Shown piece by piece: positions 58,583 to 64,000 of a stretch of 64,000 nt of DNA. The translations under genes and the position numbers were made by a program. Position 1 is the first letter of the stretch. Each line of letters begins with the position of its first letter. A model generated the notes under the pieces. That model was not told the DNA's origin. It saw nothing but the letters and a program-made list of their open reading frames with translations, and ran no database searches. The stretch is from a virus, in IMG/VR virus record IMGVR_UViG_3300027811_000003, positions 1 to 64,000 of that record, one strand, 5' to 3'.

Positions 58583-61299
58583 AACACAGCTTTCTGCGGA
58601 AGGTCACAAACTCCGTTCCTACAGTTGTCGTTGCTCAAAGCTCCAGCTGACTCTGAGTCTATGTGTTTCATTGCTTCCTCAAGAGACATCGGAGTTATCG
58701 GTTGTTCTTCTCTGCTGCCCTCTGGATAAACTGTCAACCCCTTGACATCTGGCAAATATTCCATGACAAGGTTTGACAGCTCACTTTCAGAAGTTCCCTG
58801 CGGAACGTTCACAGTCTTCGATATAGCGTTGTCTACGTGTCTTTGACAAACTCTCTGCATGTCGAAATGATTTCGCATTGACAACTCGTGAGCACTCTGG
58901 AAGTGCGAAACGTCTCTTCCTTCTCTCACGAATTTCTTGAACAACGGGTGGATGATAGTCTCAGACTTGAGTTCGTCTCCGACTCTGAATTTCCTTGTCC
59001 ATCCAGGACCGAACGACGGTTCGATCGCGCTGTCGACGTCGCACACTATCGACGTCGTTCCAGTGGGAGCAGTTGTCAAGATCGCGCAGTTGCGTATGCC
59101 ATGTTTTCTGATAGACGAACGAATCGACGGCTTGAGAGTCTTGACGAATCCTCCCTTCAAAAACTGATCTGCATCAAACTTTTGGAAAGGACCTTTTTCT
59201 TCTGCGAGTTTCACGCTTGCTTCGTAAGCTCTGTTCTTGACGTGTTCCATAAGTTTGTCTGTGAATTCAAGCGCTTCGTCAGACCCGTATTTCATTCCCA
59301 GCAACAGCAACAAGCTAGACAATCCCATCACGCCCATTCCTATGCGTCTCTCTCCCAAGCTCACCTCTTTGATCTCTGGCAATGGATGATTGTTGACAGT
59401 AATAATATCATCCAAAAATCTTACGGCTAAATCAACAGTTGAATCGATAAGTTTCCAATCAATGTGAAATTTGTCTCCGCTGTTCTTCACAAAACGAGGA
59501 AGCACAAGAGAACCTAAGCAACACGAAAAATATGCAGGTCCCCACACTTCTCCACAATTTTTAACACAAATTCCAGAAGACACTATCGCTTTTTCATCTT
59601 GTTTGCTAGTAACAACATGATAGTTATGATTATCGTCTACTGTTATGTTGTAAACATCTTCGTAGCAATCAAATTCTACTTTCAAAACTTTATGATTTTG
59701 AGATACTTGATTTTTGAAATTAGTCCAAGAACCAAATCTAAATTCGTTCGACAAAAAAATTGGCATTCCACATTCTTTTGCTCGTTTTGACCATAAGCTT
59801 TTCGAAATTCTGCCGTTTTCTATGAAAAGCTTTCTTCCTTCATCGAGAATTTGTTCATTTGTAAAATTTGAATATCTTGGATTGGACATTCCAGGATGAG
59901 ACGAGGATACAAATCTCCACTTGAATTTCAATTCATCTGACATTCTGTGATATGGATTTAATTTTCCTCTCATGTTCTTTGCGTGAAGTTCTCTATGCTC
60001 TTCATGCGACATTACTTTAAGATTTTCAAATCTGTCATCTGTGCAATCACAATTAACATGATGTATTGCAAATTCCTTCGCGTCAACTGGTACACTGTTA
60101 AATTCATGAATAAGACGATACTGACGTCTATTTCTTCTGAAATTTCCTTGAATCTCTCCTGAATTGCAAATTTGTCTATAGGAGTTCGAATCAAAAGAAT
60201 TAAACGGAAAAATGCTATCATTCTCTTTCAAGGACTGTAACTCACGATATTCTAAATTCCTCAAAAGAATTTTATGATCGGGAGTAGCTCTGACAACTGA
60301 GCCATCGTCAAGAGTAAGTTTCCAAACTTCTTTTTTGACACCAGTAATTCTAGGATGTCTTCCCATTTTTATTTCAACTTTTCCAGTCTCAAGATTAGTT
60401 GAGTAAACGGGAACGTCCTTACATTCATCTGAAAGTTGTTTTATCGAAACGGCGTTCCTGCCATCTGCTGTAGCTATCAGAGTATCTCCCGTGACACAGG
60501 GATTCGTGGTTATAAGAGGGTAAAGATATGAAACGTTTGACATCTTGTTAGCAAGATAGCTGTTCAAGATACCCGGTTCACCGCACTTAAGCGCGTTCAG
60601 AATCACCTTTTTCCACAAAGCTTTCGCGCTTAACGTGTTTATCGTCCTGCCGTTGAACACCAAGTTGAACTGCTCGTCTTTACGCACCTTTTCGAAGAAC
60701 GCTTCTGGATCGGTAGCGAAGTTTATCGAAACGTTGGCGTTATTGAGTTGCTTGAGATCAAGCTTCTTGTCAAGAAATTCTTCTATGTCGCCGTGGTCGT
60801 GATTCAAGCTGAACATCAGCGCAGTTCGTCTACCTCCTCCAGCTTTGATCACTTCGCCGGCAGAGTTCAATATCTCAAACAAGCTGACAGCACCCGTCGC
60901 TTTGCCACCAGAGCCATTTATGAAAGTCCCTCTAGGTCTTATCGGAGAGCCGTTCAGCCCAACTCCTCCACCAGTGCCAGCTATTACTATCATGTCGTAT
61001 GCTGTCGTTCCCCATCCTTCTCTGCTGTCGACTGTTGGAATTCCGAAACAATTTGACAACTGACCCTTTGGTCTTCCGGCTCCATACCAAATTCTGCCAG
61101 CTGGCATGAACGTGTTCGCACACAGAAAATCTTTGAATGTCTTTCTGTAAAGAGGAATGTTGTCGCCTTCTTCGGCGTAAGCGACGTGTTCTGCGAGTCT
61201 GCAACATGCGTCAAGCCACGTCTCTTTTTCGTGCAAGGTGTATCTCTTCTGAAAAATGTCAAGAGCAAAACCTGTGGGCTCGTATAACGTGCTAAACAT
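58579..61299 (-). CDS. nrdJ: Ribonucleotide reductase, probably class II, intein-containing
   Basis: PAGR, SNCF, GGGVG, TNP|...|CGE, APTGT; no C-terminal Tyr-Tyr pair; terminal CRNGVC. Confidence 0.85.
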   Translation of the reverse strand: MFSTLYEPTGFALDIFQKRYTLHEKETWLDACCRLAEHVAYAEEGDNIPLYRKTFKDFLCANTFMPAGRIWYGAGRPKGQLSNCFGIPTVDSREGWGTTAYDMIVIAGTGGGVGLNGSPIRPRGTFINGSGGKATGAVSLFEILNSAGEVIKAGGGRRTALMFSLNHDHGDIEEFLDKKLDLKQLNNANVSINFATDPEAFFEKVRKDEQFNLVFNGRTINTLSAKALWKKVILNALKCGEPGILNSYLANKMSNVSYLYPLITTNPCVTGDTLIATADGRNAVSIKQLSDECKDVPVYSTNLETGKVEIKMGRHPRITGVKKEVWKLTLDDGSVVRATPDHKILLRNLEYRELQSLKENDSIFPFNSFDSNSYRQICNSGEIQGNFRRNRRQYRLIHEFNSVPVDAKEFAIHHVNCDCTDDRFENLKVMSHEEHRELHAKNMRGKLNPYHRMSDELKFKWRFVSSSHPGMSNPRYSNFTNEQILDEGRKLFIENGRISKSLWSKRAKECGMPIFLSNEFRFGSWTNFKNQVSQNHKVLKVEFDCYEDVYNITVDDNHNYHVVTSKQDEKAIVSSGICVKNCGEVWGPAYFSCCLGSLVLPRFVKNSGDKFHIDWKLIDSTVDLAVRFLDDIITVNNHPLPEIKEVSLGERRIGMGVMGLSSLLLLLGMKYGSDEALEFTDKLMEHVKNRAYEASVKLAEEKGPFQKFDADQFLKGGFVKTLKPSIRSSIRKHGIRNCAILTTAPTGTTSIVCDVDSAIEPSFGPGWTRKFRVGDELKSETIIHPLFKKFVREGRDVSHFQSAHELSMRNHFDMQRVCQRHVDNAISKTVNVPQGTSESELSNLVMEYLPDVKGLTVYPEGSREEQPITPMSLEEAMKHIDSESAGALSNDNCRNGVCDLPQKAVL
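59557..60498 (-). mobile_element. 314-aa intein with HNH endonuclease at the RNR active-site Cys
   Basis: CVTGD...TPDH...IHHVNCDCTDDRFENL...H...H...VYNITV...VKN|C; AT-richer than flanks. Confidence 0.9.
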
Positions 61300-62683
61300 T
61301 TTGACTATCTCCGGCCTTAGAATGTGAGAAAAGAGAGTTGTATCTTTCAGCCATTACTTTCTGCCTATTCTGACTGTTGTCCATGAACAACGCGACTGGG
61401 TCATCTCCTTGTTCTAAAATCTTTACTTTGACTGTAGCTGTCTTCAGAGTGAAAGGATAAACCATGCCGTCCTGTCCCAACCTTGACTTAGCTACGAGCA
61501 TTCTGCCAGAGTTGGTTTGCTTGTCTTCAGTCTTCCTAGACACAGTCAAAATGACGTCGCACACTTGCGCTTTGCCGTAACTCTCACCTATTTGACTGAC
61601 AGTGACAATCTCTGATTCAAGACCCGACCTGTTTGTCTGGTCTGCAGTTATTACGACAATGTTGAGCTCCTGAGCAAGCGCTCTCAAGTCTTCGTACGTT
61701 CCTTCCAACTCGAATCTCTTGTCTTTGGTGGCTCCAGATCCGCGAAGCAAGTCTGCGTAATCAACCAACAAAATGTCAGGTTTGAATTCACGAGTGGCAG
61801 CTAAGCGCTGCAAATAAGCTCTGATAGTCTGAACGCTGGCTTGTTTAGTCGGCCATTCTTTGATGAACAAACGACCTTTAACCGTGTCGTTGATGACGTT
61901 TTGAACTTTGTCCTGATTGTTAGAAACTTCGTTGATCTCGACTCCAGAGTAATATGAATCGAAACGAATGCCGATCTTCCAGTCAGCCATTTCCAAAGTG
62001 ACGTAAACGACGTTGAGACCTTGTTCAAGAGCGGCCGCGCCGCAGTTGACCAAGAACATCGACTTTCCAGCTCCAGTTGGAGCGATAAACGTGCTTAAAG
62101 TTTGCCTTTCCCAGCCGCCGTTGAATGCCTTGTCAAGCACTTGCCATCCAGTAGAGATTGGATGTCTGACTGACTTCTTTCCTCTCTGAGACAAGCATTC
62201 CTTGTACTCATGTCCGAGGTCTCTAGCAACGCCTTTGTTGAGAGAGTCATTGATGATCGTTCTGATCGAATCGTAGTTTCCGCTCTCCATCTGGTCAATG
62301 GCTTTGATCAAACCTTCCTTCAGACTTTGCTTTCGTGCAAACTCTAGAAAAGTGTCTTGGATGTATCTCATGTCACCGTTTAAGTGAGTCACCTTTACTT
62401 TTTCGAGATACTCTTTTACCTGTGTTTTGACCAAGTCATCTTCGTCAGAGTTGTTCACAGTTATCGTCTCGAGAACGTCAAGCGACGGATAAGTCTTGTA
62501 TTTCTGTTTGAAATCGAAATACTTCTCAGCGACATGCTGCAAGTATCTCAGCTCGAAAAAATCGGGCTTGATGATGTCAGAAATTTGTTCTGCGAAAAGC
62601 GTGTCTTGTATAAACGCGTGACACGCCTTCTCTTGAAACGTTCTACCAAACTTTGCCAGACTCTCGACAGTTTCTTCGCTCAC
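61292..62683 (-). CDS. dnaB: DnaB-like replicative helicase
   Basis: APTGAGKS, VTLEM, VDYADLL, QTNR, KSRLG. Confidence 0.9.
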   Translation of the reverse strand: MSEETVESLAKFGRTFQEKACHAFIQDTLFAEQISDIIKPDFFELRYLQHVAEKYFDFKQKYKTYPSLDVLETITVNNSDEDDLVKTQVKEYLEKVKVTHLNGDMRYIQDTFLEFARKQSLKEGLIKAIDQMESGNYDSIRTIINDSLNKGVARDLGHEYKECLSQRGKKSVRHPISTGWQVLDKAFNGGWERQTLSTFIAPTGAGKSMFLVNCGAAALEQGLNVVYVTLEMADWKIGIRFDSYYSGVEINEVSNNQDKVQNVINDTVKGRLFIKEWPTKQASVQTIRAYLQRLAATREFKPDILLVDYADLLRGSGATKDKRFELEGTYEDLRALAQELNIVVITADQTNRSGLESEIVTVSQIGESYGKAQVCDVILTVSRKTEDKQTNSGRMLVAKSRLGQDGMVYPFTLKTATVKVKILEQGDDPVALFMDNSQNRQKVMAERYNSLFSHSKAGDSQNV

Positions 62684-63423
62684 TCTTTTTCTCCGAGTTT
62701 CTTCATGACATCAACCCACATGGAAGCAGTCCTCTTCTTAAGCTTGTTCTTGTACTTATCTGTGAAATGCTTGTTTCCCGGTATGAGGTCCAAGACGAGT
62801 TTGAAAAAATCATCAGGTGATTTGCCTATTACTTTTAAGGCCTTGTCCTTGGATACCGTTGTTAAATAATCTTCAATTTGCGTAAGGCCTTGCTGAATTA
62901 TGGCGTTTGACTCAAGAGGATCATTGAAATAATCAGCCTTCGTTGTCGAACCTGAGCGCTTCTTGTTAGTGAAATCTACAAACGCCTTTTTAGTTCCAGG
63001 AGCTCTTTCGAAGTCCATGTAGTGAACAAATTCGTGATAGAAAAGTCCGTTAGTTCTCTCCATGATCTTGGCGATGTTGCTTCCTTTTTGCAGCACTTTT
63101 CGCCATTCGTCGTCTGACATGTTCGCCGCCTTCGCAGGAACTTCGACAAACAGCACTATCTTCTTTTCTTTCTTGTTGACGTTGGTGACAAACTTCGCGT
63201 CAGATTTCGATTTTTCGTCTTCAGCTCTCCTGACAAATTCGACAGACAAATCTTTCATAGAATCATCGTCAAGCAGATCTCCGACATTCACGACGTTGCT
63301 TACTTTGCTTTTGTCTGTAACGAGAGCTTTGGTTATCTTGCCGTGAACGTCTATAGCTCTCTGCCTATATTTCGCGTCATCAGCTCCTTCGAAAAGCATA
63401 AAATATTCATCAAGTATTTTCAT
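62680..63423 (-). CDS. Hypothetical protein with HExxH motif
   Basis: HEFVH...YFNDP.E.NA. Confidence 0.6.
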   Translation of the reverse strand: MKILDEYFMLFEGADDAKYRQRAIDVHGKITKALVTDKSKVSNVVNVGDLLDDDSMKDLSVEFVRRAEDEKSKSDAKFVTNVNKKEKKIVLFVEVPAKAANMSDDEWRKVLQKGSNIAKIMERTNGLFYHEFVHYMDFERAPGTKKAFVDFTNKKRSGSTTKADYFNDPLESNAIIQQGLTQIEDYLTTVSKDKALKVIGKSPDDFFKLVLDLIPGNKHFTDKYKNKLKKRTASMWVDVMKKLGEKE

Positions 63424-63425
63424 TT

Positions 63426-64000
63426 TCAGACCTCGTAAAGCGACTCAGATCGTATCTTGTAGCACTTGAGAACAGTGAATATGTCGTCCTGCAGCTGCAA
63501 GCCGTACAGCATCAGCTTCAATTTCGCTTCAGTGAACGAAAACGTCGGACGTTGTTCTAACGTAGATATGCGAATTGTCCTAGCTGAACTAACGCTTATG
63601 CTAGGGTTTGACAGTTGCATCAATTTGATGTTCTCTAGCAGCTTGGGCCATTGGTCCAACACGCTTTTATACTTAGCTGACGAAGACGCATTGAGCTCAC
63701 AGTGGACGCGAATGTCTTCTAGCGTAGATTCTTTCTCAGACAAGAACGGAAAAAGCTTGACGACAGTCTTCAATCCAAAGCCGCCCAACCCTTTTATGTT
63801 GTCAGACGAATCTCCCATCAAAGCTTTGGCGTAAATCCAGTTGTCTGGTCTGACGTTGAGATTCGTGAGCATGTCTCTGCAATTCCAGTAACATTTCTTC
63901 GATGGAGAATAAACGAGAGTGTTCTTGTCGATCAGCTGAAGCATGTCTTTGTCAGACGACACGATTATCTTTTGAACGTCGACGTATATGTGCTTGCAGA
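63426..64000 (-). CDS. 5'-3' exonuclease / T4 RNase H-like, 5'-truncated
   Basis: IIVSSDKDMLQL, GDSSDNIKG, G.KT. Confidence 0.88.
   Translation of the reverse strand, partial: CKHIYVDVQKIIVSSDKDMLQLIDKNTLVYSPSKKCYWNCRDMLTNLNVRPDNWIYAKALMGDSSDNIKGLGGFGLKTVVKLFPFLSEKESTLEDIRVHCELNASSSAKYKSVLDQWPKLLENIKLMQLSNPSISVSSARTIRISTLEQRPTFSFTEAKLKLMLYGLQLQDDIFTVLKCYKIRSESLYEV

Overview
A gene-dense segment of a large (probably jumbo) dsDNA bacteriophage genome; no virion structural genes are recognisable here. Bases 1-6541 are transcribed on +, everything after a hairpin terminator at ~6570 is on -. The left ~38 kb is an accessory region of small ORFs, four tRNAs and many copies of a conserved promoter motif. 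The right ~26 kb holds nucleotide and replication genes: ThyX, dCMP deaminase, DnaE broken by a split intein, RNA ligase, MT-A70 methylase, a ThyA-like enzyme, class II RNR with an intein, DnaB-like helicase and a 5'-3' exonuclease. Two candidate new systems stand out. (1) About 40 short (mostly 37-76 aa) paralogous ORFs, most too short for the supplied track, start M-[IT]-[LM]-F and carry hypervariable Trp/Ala/Arg-rich bodies (AWAWAR-type). They are chained by ATGA/GTGA stop-start overlaps, and one copy sits between a soluble FtsH-like AAA/M41 protease and a radical SAM gene. (2) A probable cytosine hypermodification pathway combines a dCMP-type ThyA homologue, a T4 BGT-like glycosyltransferase, a dNMP kinase, a plant RGP/UDP-arabinopyranose-mutase homologue and a methyltransferase. 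All family assignments come from motif recognition by eye, not database searches.
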